Shown: positions 35,893 through 48,354, counted from the stretch's first letter. The stretch: DNA of 64,000 nucleotides from Octopus sinensis (GCF_006345805.1 NC_043003.1:92938001-93002000), one strand, 5' to 3'. Numbers and translations: made by a program. Notes: generated by a model from the sequence alone, not told the origin.

Positions 35893-37099
35893 ATATATAT
35901 ATATGTATTATATATATATGTATTATATATATATGTATACGACAGGCTTCATTCAGTTACCATTTCCCAAATCCACTCACAAAGATTTGGTCAAGCTGGA
36001 GGTAGAATAGAAAACACTTGTGTCCAAAGAGCTATGCAGTGAGACTTAAGCCAAAATGATGTGGTTGGGAAGCAAACCTCTTAACCACACAGCCTGGTTT
36101 TGCCTCTAGAGTAAACAAAATTTAATTGAAAATAATTATGCAGTTGGAAAAAACATTAACTCAATGACTAATGTTACTTTAATGATTTCAACAAATATGG
36201 GAGATTAAGTGAAGCATAGAATTCTATGGATCAGGTGGAGTAGGGCTGAGAGAATAACGAAGCAAATGTGCAATGTTGTATATGGAGAGGCAAATTACTC
36301 AAAGATGGTTGTGTTTCAGTTTGAACTTCTGTAAGCCAATGCTTGCAGAGAGAGAAAAAGAGAAAGAGGGAGAGAGAGAGAGAGAGAGTGTGTGAGAAAG
36401 AGAGAGGGAGAGAGAAAGAGAGAGAGAGAGAGATATGAATCATGTACTCAAATTGCTAGAGTCTCCCTAAACTCATTGGATGATGTTCTAAATAACCTTA
36501 AAATATGGGATGGTCACACCTGGAATATGTTTGATCATGGGTCAGCTCAGTATTTACCTGGGTCTAAGCAACATGAACAACAGTATAGGCAGAGACAGAT
36601 TTGCAGGGAGTTACAGTCTGAAAAGTTATGACGAAACATGGTATATAAAAGCAATATCTGATTGTGATGACACAAGAATGAAAAACAGGTGCAATGATGT
36701 AGTAGGAGTACAGTGTAAATAACCAATTTAGAGAGGCAATGGCTGGTGTAAAAAAAGAACGGAGAAGAAAACTGATCATTTATGAATCCAGCATTGTAGC
36801 ATATATTTTGTGATGGAGGTTTTGTCCAATAGCCAAATATTGGAATAAATGCCTGCTTTTACTTTTTAATCCCTGAAGGGACAAAAAAGCATGAATCAGT
36901 GATAGAATTCACACATTTCAATCATCTATACTCCACATCTACAAAAACTGAACTTATGCCTTGCCAAAATAAATAAATATTTGCCATGGGAAGTTCAACA
37001 GCATTCAATAAATTGAGGTAAATGGATAACAGTTTAGTGGAATTAATATTATGTTTGAATTGGCTAAAGTTTGTATGTGGGTGGACTGAAAAGTTAATA

Positions 37100-37325
37100 T
37101 GCATTGTTTCTTTTCAGGTAAACTGACAACTGACTGTTCAAAAAAGACTTCTTAATTAACTATTTGTGACTTCTCATGAAAATAAAATATCATCATGATG
37201 TTATCAAATACCTGCAGAAATGTCCAAGGACATTTGTGTTGACATGATTGCTACATTAGAGTATGACACTCCAGTTTTATCAAAAGTACAAAAGTGGGCA
37301 GCTGAATTTAGGAAGGTAAGGGAAG
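37100..37325 (+). mobile_element. Mariner 5' transposase fragment
   Basis: HDVIKYLQK..KDICVDMIATL...VQKWAAEFRK, an N-terminal HTH-like segment. Confidence 0.6.
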
Positions 37326-37535
37326 GTAGAATATATGAGCTGGAGATGACTGGCTTAAATGTTAAATGGTAATTATCTTTGCACTCAAAACAATTAATGT
37401 CCTATAACAGGATACCAACCATTGATCTTTGAGACTGCCAATCTGCCCAATTCCCGAAGATATTGCTTGTTATGATCAATATGATAGGTTATCAGATAAA
37501 ATTCTAATTTTTACAAAATTATTTTAATCATATCC

Positions 37536-37573
37536 AGTGTTCCGACGAAGAGCTCCGCTCGAAACGTCATACC
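37536..37573 (+). ncRNA. Minimal hammerhead-like motif (variant core CCGACGA) in a Penelope-like tail
   Basis: CCGACGA-AGAGCUCCGCUC-GAAAC-GUC^. Stem III is reduced to the palindrome ACGU and stem I is poorly paired. The tail CCTGAGCG...GTTTGGATTAA is shared with 15953-16035. Confidence 0.45.
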
Positions 37574-37658
37574 TCCCTGCTTCCATTTCCTGAGCGCCTA
37601 TTAATAATAATACTGTAATTGTTCCATTGTTGTTGTTTTTTTGTTTCCCGTTTGGATT

Positions 37659-37761
<103 letters not shown>

Positions 37762-38216
37762 TTAGAGACAAAACCACTATTTTGTAAAACAAACAAGGAA
37801 AGACTTAATCAATACATAAAATTTTAATAAAAAGTAAAAAATAAAAAGTAAAAAATATTATATAATATTTTACTATAAAATTGGATTTAATCCTAAATCT
37901 GATTTTTTCCCTGTAAATTTGGATTTATTCCCTAATATTTATTATTTATATATATATATATATATATATAAGTAGGTGAATGAATTATTCTATGTCTCTC
38001 TCTCACACACACAAACACACGCACCCATTAACACAAGCACACACCCACACATTTCTATACATGCACCAAACATACTGTCCCCTACCTATTTTTACTTCCT
38101 CCTACTATCCATTTTTGATGGCAATGCTTATAATGGATTTTTTTAAAAAAACACTCATTATTGCTTTGGTTACCATATAGGCAATCATTTTTGTTTGTCT
38201 TGTTGTTGAGAGAGGC

Positions 38217-38310
38217 TCCTTTTCTTTCCTGATGAGAAGATTGCATAATGCACCCTTTATTCCTTCGGAATGAAAATATGCTGTCTTCGAAACATGTGTC
38301 GAGAGTAAAG

Positions 38311-38312
<2 letters not shown>
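38217..38312 (+). ncRNA. Type I hammerhead ribozyme motif, best-formed copy in the window
   Basis: UCCUUUUCUUUC-CUGAUGA-GAAGA UU GCAUA...UAUGC UG UCUUC-GAAAC-AUGU-GUC^GAGAGUAAAGGA. Stem I pairs 11/12; stem II is 5+5 bp; GUC triplet. Predicted cut after 38300. Confidence 0.85.
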
Positions 38313-38370
<58 letters not shown>

Positions 38371-38373
<3 letters not shown>

Positions 38374-38548
38374 GAAGTCAAAAATACTTCTGTGTCATAG
38401 AATAGTCACAAAATTAATACAAGCTTGATAGGAAAGAATAAGATAAGATAAGCAGGGATAAGATAATATTATTGTTCACTGGAATTCTTTCCTATCAAGC
38501 TTGTATTAATTTTGTGACTATTCTATGACACAGAAGTATTTTTGACTT

Positions 38549-38611
<63 letters not shown>

Positions 38612-38693
38612 GAAGTCATAGAATAGTCACAAAATTAATACAAGCTTGATAGGAAAGAATTCCAGTGAACAATAATATTATCTTATCCCTGCT
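38371..38693. repeat. Triple fold-back (forward / reverse / forward) around (TA)n tracts
   Basis: 69-bp perfect arms at 38371-38439 and 38484-38552. A third, forward copy at 38608-38693 is the reverse complement of 38451-38552 with a 17-nt deletion. Confidence 0.88.
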
Positions 38694-39169
38694 AGGTCAG
38701 CAAATATAAAGCTGGTTAATTTGATATCGTGATTTTGAATTTAGAGCCAAGCGGTACCTGATTCTCTTCAACCAAACCTGGCAGCCAACGACTACTAAAA
38801 TTTGCCCCTACGTATATAAGTATATATATACCCCCATGCTTGACTGCTAAATCTACAAGTTCTTTTCATTCTTTCTTTGTTTATTTTCTCTTCTTCTTTT
38901 CTGTTGAAGAGCATAGACTCAAAACATAAAAAGACTTTTACATTTTTCTCGAATGTCAAACTAATATACCTGCATGTTGTTCATACACCTGTCTTCATCT
39001 TTTGTTTTTCTATAAATTTCAACTATGTATTATACACTCACATGGTCACCCCACTTTTAACCTGCCTTAACTGTCTACTCTTTGGACTTGCATATCTTAA
39101 CCACTTCCCGAACTTTCTGCATCTCTCCTCATCTACCCCCAAATTTCAGGCCTTGTGCCTTTAGTAGAA

Positions 39170-39224
39170 AGGATTATAATAATAATAATTATTGTTGTTG
39201 TTGTTGTTATTATTGTTGTTGTTG

Positions 39225-39300
<76 letters not shown>
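39170..39300. repeat. Compound (AAT)/(GTT)/(ATT) microsatellite
   Basis: Directly visible. Similar tracts at 55525-55572, 55840-55890 and 63335-63410. Confidence 0.95.
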
Positions 39301-39302
<2 letters not shown>

Positions 39303-39460
39303 AGGTGACAAGCTGGTAGAATCGTTAGCATGCCGAACAATATACTTAGTGGCATTTTGTCTGTCTTCACTTTCTGAGTTCAACTAAATACCAGTACTCT
39401 ACCCAGATTACCACTTGATATATTGACTCTACTTTCATGGATTTCACTGGATTTTTTTTC

Positions 39461-39500
<40 letters not shown>

Positions 39501-39595
39501 CTTTACTACCCACAAGGGGCTAAACATAGAGGGGACAAACAAGGACAGACAAAGGGATTAAGTTGACTACATCGACCCCAGTGCGTAACTGGTAC

Positions 39596-39716
<121 letters not shown>

Positions 39717-39717
39717 A

Positions 39718-39806
<89 letters not shown>

Positions 39807-40107
39807 TATTTATAATCTGAATGGAGGCAATGCAAGTGGAAACTAGAGGAACATAATTAAAAACCACACTGAAAATCAAATATATACATATGTTCTAAAT
39901 TTATAAAATGGATATAAAAATTAGTAGGAAAGTAGGAAAGTAGGAAAGATTATTATTATTACGGTTGCTGCTGTTGCTTTATATTAGAAATTATTTTTAT
40001 TTATATATTTTTACAGGACATCTAATGTAGGTAAGGAGCCATAGGTGGCTCCATCCACAACAGATCCAACATTGGGGCAACTTGTCCTACTGCCTAGTCT
40101 CAATAAC

Positions 40108-40350
40108 ATGTCTGCATCCAACCAAAATGAGCGAGTGGTGACGCCAACCCTTAGTGATGTGCCATTCTTTGACAGCCTGTTTCGAGAAATGAATGTCCAA
40201 GTCGATCAGATGCACCGTGACATACAATCAATGCGTACTGCAATGCTTCGAATGAACCCAAGTGATGATTTTGGTGTTGAATCCAGTACACCATTGGATA
40301 AATTTCGTGATCCTATTGTTGTTGGCCCAGATGGTGACAAATGTTTTCAG
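40108..40350 (+). CDS. Small heat-shock protein (HSP20/alpha-crystallin family), coding exon 1 (81 codons)
   Basis: ATG in AATAACATG context. MSASNQNERVVTPTLSDVPFFDSLFREMN...DPIVVGPDGDKCFQ. Phase-0 donor CAG|GTAAGA at 40350/40351. Upstream acceptor TTTTTACAG| at 40016. Confidence 0.9.
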
Positions 40351-40483
40351 GTAAGAATATAATTATTGCTGCAAATGGTGGTTATGCTGTTACAAATGTT
40401 TGTAGATTTTGTAGGTGAGAAAACTCTGTTTTTTACATGTTTGCCTATGTGTCCTTTGATATAGAACATCATCATCACTATGA

Positions 40484-40715
40484 AGGCGGTGAGCTGGCAG
40501 AATCGGTAGCACGCCGGGCGAAATGCGTAGCCGTATTTCGTCTGCTGTTACGTTCTGAGTTCAAATTCCGCCAAGGTCAACTTTGCCTTTCATCTTTTCA
40601 GGGTCAATAAATTAAGTACCGGTTACGCACTGGGGTCGATGTAATCGACTTAATCCGTTTGTCTGTCCTTGTTTGTCCCCTCTGTGTTTAGCTCCTTGTG
40701 AGTAATAAAGAAACA
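40484..40715 (+). mobile_element. SINE family A in the sHSP coding intron
   Basis: Exact 22-bp TSD GATATAGAACATCATCATCACT at 40458-40479 and 40716-40737. Confidence 0.93.
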
Positions 40716-41309
40716 GATATAGAACATCATCATCACTTACCTGTTATTTGATTGACCACTAATTGCAAAACTCCAATTATTCAGTTCATTAGCTTCTTAT
40801 TTGCAAGCAATCTATGCCAAGCCATATAAAGGTCTTTTCATCAGCAAACGATCAGAGCAATTTCTGATTCTGAAGAGGCGACCCAGTGTATAGGTTGTGG
40901 TCTTAGCAAAATTTTATATGTGAGTTCACCACAAAAGGTCACTAAACTCAAGGGCCTGGCATTTGAAGCCACATTTTAGCACTGTACCATGTGCAAGAAG
41001 GATGTAGTGTGGCAAAATTGCTGAACTATCAGACATGAATCAAAATCAATACAAGTGATAGAGAGATAGAAATGAGGGAGAGAGTTGAGAAAACAGAATG
41101 AGAGTAGAGAGAAATATAGAAAAGGACAGACAGACAGACAAGCAGGTGGATGGAGTGCTGCAAAATTGCTTAATTATTAATTAAAGGCACATTTATCAAT
41201 AAAGATTAAAACAAAGCTATATATGTTCATATTTAACATACTTACGTAAACTCAAACTTGGATAAACCTTTTGCTATGGTAACTGTCTCAGAAGAGAAAT
41301 TCTCCTTAT

Positions 41310-41446
41310 AGATAACCCTTTCTACTAGAGGCACAAGGCCTAAAATTTGTTAGGAGATAGGCCAGTCAATTACACCAACTCCAGTGCTTCCCTGGTACTT
41401 ATTTCATCAACTTCAAAAGGATGAAAAGCAAAATCGACCTGGCTTG
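41310..41446 (-). mobile_element. Degenerate SINE (family A-related) just upstream of the sHSP exon 2 acceptor
   Basis: AAAGGATGAAAAGCAAAATCGACC and CTGGTACTTATTT reverse motifs. Confidence 0.6.
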
Positions 41447-41479
41447 TCTAAACTAGATAACTGTTTGTCATTGTTGCAG

Positions 41480-41746
41480 GTACAACTTGACGTCAGTCCA
41501 TTTAAACCTGATGAAATTACCATCAAAACAATTGATAACCAACTGACCATCCACGCAAAACACGACCAGAAAACAGCCAGTTCCAGCATCTATCATGTCT
41601 TCTCTCGGCAATACACACTCCCAGATGGCACAAACTCAGATAATCTGAGAGCTACTCTTTCTAATGATGGTGTTCTCAGTATCCAATGTCCATTGGAATC
41701 AAATGAGTTAGCTGCCAACTATCCAATTGCCATTCAGAAGGAATAA
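41480..41746 (+). CDS. Small heat-shock protein, coding exon 2 (alpha-crystallin domain and IxI tail; 88 aa plus stop; total protein 169 aa)
   Basis: Acceptor TTGTTGCAG|, phase 0. VQLDVSPFKPDEITIKTIDNQLTIHAKHDQK...FSRQYTLP...LSNDGVLSI...YPIAIQKE*, a canonical ACD pattern. Confidence 0.93.
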   Translation, partial: VQLDVSPFKPDEITIKTIDNQLTIHAKHDQKTASSSIYHVFSRQYTLPDGTNSDNLRATLSNDGVLSIQCPLESNELAANYPIAIQKE

Positions 41747-42559
41747 TCACCTGCTCCACTTCCCTTACCAATGCTGTTACTTGCCACAGTGATACTCTAA
41801 GCTACAGGTAAGTCTTTTCATCTTTACTTTTCATTACTTGCTGTCAGCTTACCCTCAGAAACAAATGTTATCATTCTTACTTACTTTCATTCCCCTCTAT
41901 TAATAAGCAATCACCAGCATGAACAAACAAGGGAGCCTCTATGCCAGCATTCATCTGGCTAGAAATAACAACCAAATTTTTATCAAATCAACTTATAAAA
42001 GGAAAGACTTGTTGGATAATGTGGTCCAGGATACTCTATACCTGAGGAAAATTAAACACTGGTTCTTGGAAGATGGGACACTTTTGTTCATAGGTGTGCT
42101 TGATTAAGACTCATCTTGGATAAACAAACAAAGCAATAATGGCATTGATGATAATAATAATTCTGTCTAGAATAGGCAAAAAACACCTGAAACTTTGGGG
42201 AAGGGGCTAAATCAATTACATTGACTTCAGTGCTCAGCTAGTACCTATTTTATTGACTGTGAAAGGATATATTAATGAGTTTATTGTATACAGAGCTCAG
42301 GTGCACTACTTGTCAGAAAAGGGTAATAAAGGGGACAGTAAGTGGCAGTAAGTTGAATAAAGGAAGACAGTGAGGATAGCCAAAAATGCATGCACAATAC
42401 ATTGAATAGAACATAAAAAGACAGAAAATGGAATGGTAAAAGAAAATAAATAAGGTAAGGGTGTATAGACATGTTGAGAGAAGTAATTGGTTAGTTGTAG
42501 GAATCATGAAATTTTTGAAAGTATAGTATTCTGAGATCATCCACTCACTCTAGCCAATA

Positions 42560-43845
42560 TATCAAGTCATCAAGAATGAAATGTCTGATTTTCTTATGCA
42601 CCAAGTTCAGCAGTTGTTAACTGTAATATCTTATCCTGACAATTCTTTGTTTTACAACATTGAAGAATTGCATCATCACTTTTTGAAAAGCATTCATGGT
42701 GTCTGGTCATATTGTGAGTTTTCTGAACCCATGGATAGGTGAAAAAATTTGTGTTGTTTATGGAATATGAGTTCTGTTATGGAACTAATGCTACCCAGAC
42801 AGCTTGAAACATCAATGAGGTGTTTGGAGAAGATGTGGCAAATGAGTGCACTGTACATCAATGGTTTGAGAAGTTCCAGTGTAGTGACTTTACTCTTGAA
42901 AATCAGCCCCATGGTATACCTGAGACCAAGGTGGATAATGATGAGCTGGAAGCTGTAGTGGAAGCAGATACATCTCAAACAATGTGTGAGTTAGCAGCAA
43001 GGTTTGATGTTTCAATTCCAACTGTATTGGACCTTCTGAAACAAATTAGCAAGAAGCTGGACAAGTGAATACGACATGAACTGAACAAGCATCAAATGAC
43101 ACATCGTCTTAAAACTTGCTGTTCTTTGCTGTCACAGCAAAAAAGTGAACCATTTTTGCATTGTATTGTTATGTGTGATGAAAAGTGGATTCTTTTCAAC
43201 AATAGCAACAGTAGTAAGTGTTCTGCATGTTGCCAAAACACAATCCAAAAAAGAATATTCACCAAAAAAGGCTAATGGTGTCTGCCAAAACACAATCCAA
43301 AAAAGGATAATGGTGTCTGTTTGGTGGTCCAGCACTGATGTCATCCACTACATCTTCATGAGACCTGGTAAGTCAATTACAACGAATGTATATATCAACC
43401 AACTGAATGAAATAATGAGTGAACTTGCAATTAAACAATCCAGATTGGTCAATAGAAACAGGTCAATTCTCTTGCAAGACAATGTTTGACCATAAGTTGC
43501 TCAAAAAACACTACTCAAGTTACAGAAACTGAACTTGGAAGTACTCTGTCATCCATCATATCCACCAGACCATGCACCAACTGATTATCACATTTTCCAG
43601 GCATTAGACAACTTTTTACAAAGAAAAAACATCAAATCTGAAGAAGATGCAAAAACAGCCTTTCATGATTTCATCATCTCTTATGTTCCAGAATGTTTCA
43701 CTGCCAGCATAAATAACCTACCAATAAAACAGCAAAAGTGTGTTGATAATTTAGGTGCATACTTTAACTGCATAGGTTTTTGTTGAGATAAAGTAAAATA
43801 AACTTTCAGTTCAAAATCAGTCATTTCATTCTTAATGACCTGATA
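42560..43845 (+). mobile_element. Decayed full-length mariner (about 1.29 kb)
   Basis: TIRs TATCA(A/G)GTCAT(C/T)AAGAATGAAATG(T/A)CTGATTTT. Fragments CDEKW, MVSVWWS, LLQDNV, HPSYPPDHAPTDYH. Confidence 0.92.
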
Positions 43846-43849
43846 TAAA

Positions 43850-44060
43850 CATCAAGCTGGCAGAATCATTAGCACATTGAGCAGAATGCTCAGCAGCATT
43901 TTGTCCATCATTAAGTTCTGAGTTCAAATTCCACTGGGTTGACTTTACCTGTCATCCTTTCAAGGTCGATAAAATAAGTACCAGTTGAGTACTAGGGTCG
44001 ATGTATTGACTGTCCTCCTACCCCAAATTCCAGACCTTAGCCTATAGTAGAAAGGATTAT
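43850..44060 (+). mobile_element. SINE family A-related subfamily (GTAGAAAGGATTATT tail)
   Basis: GCTGGCAGAATCATTAGC...GAGTTCAAATTCCACTGGGTTGACTT. Similar copy at 59325-59535. Confidence 0.75.
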
Positions 44061-44094
44061 TTGTTTGTTTAATTATACATACATGGTTGTTGTC

Positions 44095-44125
<31 letters not shown>

Positions 44126-45221
44126 TTGTTTAGCCCAAGGTCGTCTCTGACTGAGCAGAACCCTATGATCAAACATTGAGTGTCTAGGACTAATCTGATG
44201 TGTTCTTGCTTTTTAGAAGATGCTTGATATGATTGGCAATCGGCAGAACTGTTAAGGCACAGACATTTTGTGGCATTTGTTCTGACTCTTTGCATCAGGA
44301 GTTCAAATCACACAGAGGTCAACTTTGCTTTTCATCTTTCTACAGTTGATGAAAGAAAGTACAATTCTAATACTCAGTCCAATTCCTCTTTTACTCTCCC
44401 ACTTTCTCTCATTACCCCATCTCTCTCTCTCTCTCTCTTTCTCTCTCAGAATCAACAGCACCACATTGTGAAAAACTCTTGGGGAAACCAGTCACACTAT
44501 CTCTTTCCATCAAGACACACCCAATTTTACCTCAGTACAATGGGACAGTCACTAAGACTCTGGTATGACTATCACACATGGTGATGGTGATGATGATGAT
44601 AATGATGACATGTAATTTGAAAGAGATTAAGTTGCTATTTTTTGTAGGTTGTGTGCTCAGATCAAGGCTCCTTCCAACTCATGGATTTTTCTGTTGACTC
44701 ATCAATTGTTCTCAAAATAGCTGCACTTGCTCTCAATTCCTGTGATGGTGGTGGAAGGGGCATTATTATTATTTAAGTGAGTATTATGAGAAGCCTCTTT
44801 TGGTTTTATTGTCCAAAGGTGACAAGATGGCAGAAATAGTACCAGTGTTAAACCCCTTCCCTCTACATTCTCAATTCAATAACACTTTGTAACACGATTT
44901 TTGTTCTTGGGTAGCACGATTAAAATTTTGTCACACAGTGTTATCACCGAGGTCAGTTTTGGCTTTCACCCATCTGAGATCCTTATGATAGGTATCAATC
45001 ATATATTGAGCTTTTCCTCATCATCTATATAAGTTTCTTATGACTTATAACTTTAGGGCAATATAAAACATCTCTTTAAATATGTATGAACGACAGTCTT
45101 CTGTTTAATGCTGATAAAAGACAGTGAGGTAGAGGTATAGAGTATAGTGATAAAGGAGGACCAAAATGTTTAAGAATCTTTAAGACATGTTCATATGCAC
45201 ACAGGCATATGTATTTATATG

Positions 45222-46458
45222 TATTAGGTCATTCCATAAATAATACAATTTTTTAATACTTCTTTTATTTTTCAAAATTAAGATAAAGTTCATTTTTAAT
45301 CTAAACTATACTCGCCTTCATTTTCCACAATGCTCTTCCATCAATCTGGAAGACTTGCAAGGCCCCTCTTCCAAAATTCACCTGTCTATGATGAAAAATA
45401 CTCCTCCTGTACTGTTCTGACCTCATCTACAGAATTCATATTTTTTCTGTCCGAATGATTTTGAAGACTATGGGATAAATGATAATCAGATGGGGCAATA
45501 TCTGATGAATATGGTGGGTGGGGCATTGTTTCCCATTCAAACTGCTCCAGCTTTTGGAATGTCATCTTCGCTGTATGTGGCCGAACATTGTTCTGATGGA
45601 AGAACACCTTTTGTCTTGAAACCAGAGACGGTGGTTTTTCTTCTATCACTGACTTAAGCCATTCAAGCTGCTTGCAGTAGATCTCCATTGTTATTATTTG
45701 GTTTGGGTGGACTAAACCTTTCATATCCCACCAAAAAGATAACAACACCTTACATGGATGAAGACCTTCTTTAGCCTGGGGTGCTGGTGTTTCTCCTTTC
45801 CCTACCCACTGTCTTCAGCACTTGACATTTTTATGGAGATCCCATTTTTTGTCACCAGTCACCAGTCCAAGAAAGATACATTCATGATATGTGACAGCAA
45901 AAAAGAGCACACATTCACTCTCTGCATGTAATTAGACTCGGAAATTTTGTAAGAAACCCATTGACCAAATTTGCTGACTTTCCCAATGGCACACAGGAGT
46001 CGATGAATGGTTGAATGACCAAATCGAAGCTTCTCTGCAAGTTCCTCAACATTTACGATGGGATTTTGTTCCACCAAGGTTTGCAGAACATCCTCATTAA
46101 GCACTAAAGATCTTCCAAATGAGGCTTGTCTTCTAGGCTGTAGTTTCCAGCTTGGAATTTCTGGAACCACCATTAGCACTACATTTATATTCCTTGCACT
46201 TTCCATTGCACTGTTGCCTTTATTTAATTTTATTGGCAAGATATGCCAAATATGCTCCTTTGTCACTTCCATTATAGCTTTGAGAAAATAACTGTTAAAA
46301 TTGAACTGCAAACTTCAAAACTTGCACTAAGAATAAGGAGAAGTTAAAATTACTACTTGTTTTTATAGCAAGTTGATACAGGTAGTTTATCCTGTCTCTC
46401 TCCAACTTTTAGTTCATGCGATTGAAAAAAACGACATTATTTATGGGATGACCCAATA
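45222..46458 (-). mobile_element. Decayed near-full-length mariner (about 1.24 kb)
   Basis: TIRs TATT(A/G)GGTCAT(T/C)CCATAAATAAT. Transposase MEVTKEHIWHIL..., LSFWWDMKG, HQNNVRPH, HPPYSSDIAPSDYHL. Confidence 0.92.
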
Positions 46459-48354
46459 CATAAGAACTTATGTATTTCTATGCTTTGTTAAAAAACAATG
46501 TTCAGTTTTATCATTCTTATTAAAGATATTTTATATCCCCAAGTTTTTTTACAGTTTCTTTGGAACAATAAGTTTTCCTGTTCCATAATCAATATTTTCA
46601 CAGTCTTATCATCAGGATATGAAATAGGTTTGTCCTCCATGTTCCCTCTTTTATAATAATTGAATTTATGTAGACTATACTACCAAAAATTTTGTCCATT
46701 AGACTTCCATGTCAGTAATTATGTTTTCTTTTAAAGACATCAGCTTCATGCAGGCTTTATTGCTCCATTTTTTTTTACCATTATACTTCCCTGTCAGCAG
46801 TTACATATTAGTTTTATGTGTGTTTGTTGTTAGTGTGTTTAATTTAGCATTATGTTGTGATAAGAGTACTGTTTACATGATTAAGCTTCTATTTTGCAGG
46901 GAACTTTATATAGTATGGATGTATTGTCCATTAATATTTATCTGTCTAGTTTTATTTTATGGTATAGTGTGTTGCACTTCCTCTTTATAGTAAATGCATA
47001 GTAAGCCCACAAGAGAGTGTTGTACCAGTATGGCCAATATAAAAGTTGGAGTCATGAAGTTTACAAATTTCTGTTTTATATTCCAGTTTATATTGAGCAT
47101 CAGTAACTTCGCATATTTACATACCTGTGGTGTGTTATTGATAAGTAGGGTTTTGAATTGTGTGTTTTTGTAGTATATTGTTAGTTCTAGTTTATGGTTT
47201 GGTGAAATGTATTTTGTGTTTTGTTTTTATGGTGGGGTTTTTGATGATGCATTTGTCTGTTTGATAGCTGTTGTATAGTTTGTGTATTGAACTGAGTATG
47301 CATATGAATGGATGTACAAAGTATGTGTGTGTGTGTGTGTGTAAGAAAAATAGGGAGAGAGAAGTGGGAAAGAAGGACAAACAAACAAAAAAGAGAAAGA
47401 GATAGAGAAAGTGAGAGAGAAAGAGACAGAGTGGGAAGGAGAGAAAGAGGAGAGGGAGAGAGAGAAAGGAAGAGAGAGTGAGAGAGATTGGGTAAAAGAA
47501 TATGCAAGACAGACAGACAAACAGAAAATAATTATTTTGAAACTAGTCACTAAATTATTATTTAACTTTTCACATCTGATTCTATTTTCTTTACTAGTTA
47601 AGAGAATAATGGTGTGAAATAAGCAAGGAACTGTTGCTACAGCAGGAATCCATAAAGAAGCCTAAGATGCTGGAATACAAGAGTTTCTTCGTTTCACTGG
47701 TTGTTGGAAATTATTATAACATGAAAATTTACACAGAGGACAATAGAATCACGTGATTTTGTTTTCTGTTTTTCTTTATCTTTCTTCAAGTGTAGCCTTA
47801 TTTAAATATTAATTTTGGAGTCAATAAATAAACACCTTCAATATAACGTAGTGGCAAAAAATAACAAAAGAAGTCGAATATGTATATGAATGTGCATACA
47901 TAGAAATATATGTGTATATATATACGTTTTTACATACATGCATACATACATACAGCCCCCTAAAGCCCTCACTTTTTTTCTTCCTCCAACCACTTTTTCT
48001 CAATCACTCTCTTTATTTTCCGTCTATATTTTGCTTATCATGAAGGGCAAGTGTCTGAAATGTCAAGACTCTCTCCCTTCCTTTAACCTGTTAAACTAAT
48101 ACAACATTTGTTAAGACTTGTACATCCTGTGTTGTCTTCTGTCGTATTCATCGCTTTCATTTTACACACACATATGAACTAGTGGGCAAACAGAAGATAA
48201 GGGCACTCGACACATTAAGTAGGTGTTACATTTATTATTGAAAATAGTTTGATCCAGTTCTATATGACGTAAAGTTTTGCAGGCCCCTAACAGAAGTCCA
48301 TCTCTTTTAGGCTATAAATCTGGTAATCTATAACCTGAAAGATTGGCTTCTATA

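Noticed and set aside
36616-36645. CTGAAAA-GTTATGAC-GAAAC-ATG-GTA hammerhead-like string
   Set aside because: G8 is missing, there is no stem I and stem II has only 2 bp; likely chance.
39922-39948. Triple GTAGGAAA repeat just upstream of the sHSP acceptor
   Set aside because: Short slippage-type repeat; a regulatory meaning cannot be supported.
40045-40107. ORF-track start at GTG 40045 and intron-extended start at 41384
   Set aside because: An in-frame TAG precedes 40045 and the ATG at 40108 has good context. The 41384-41479 segment is intronic SINE-derived sequence upstream of a clear acceptor.
41744-41800. Stop read-through or A-to-I recoding of TAA giving a hydrophobic tail SPAPLPLPMLLLATVIL*
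   Set aside because: UAA is the tightest stop and would need two edits; no local dsRNA is evident, and the native IxI C-terminus already fits an sHSP end.
46585-46620. Minus-strand CTGATGA...GAAA motif
   Set aside because: No credible stem II or III; expected by chance in AT-rich DNA.
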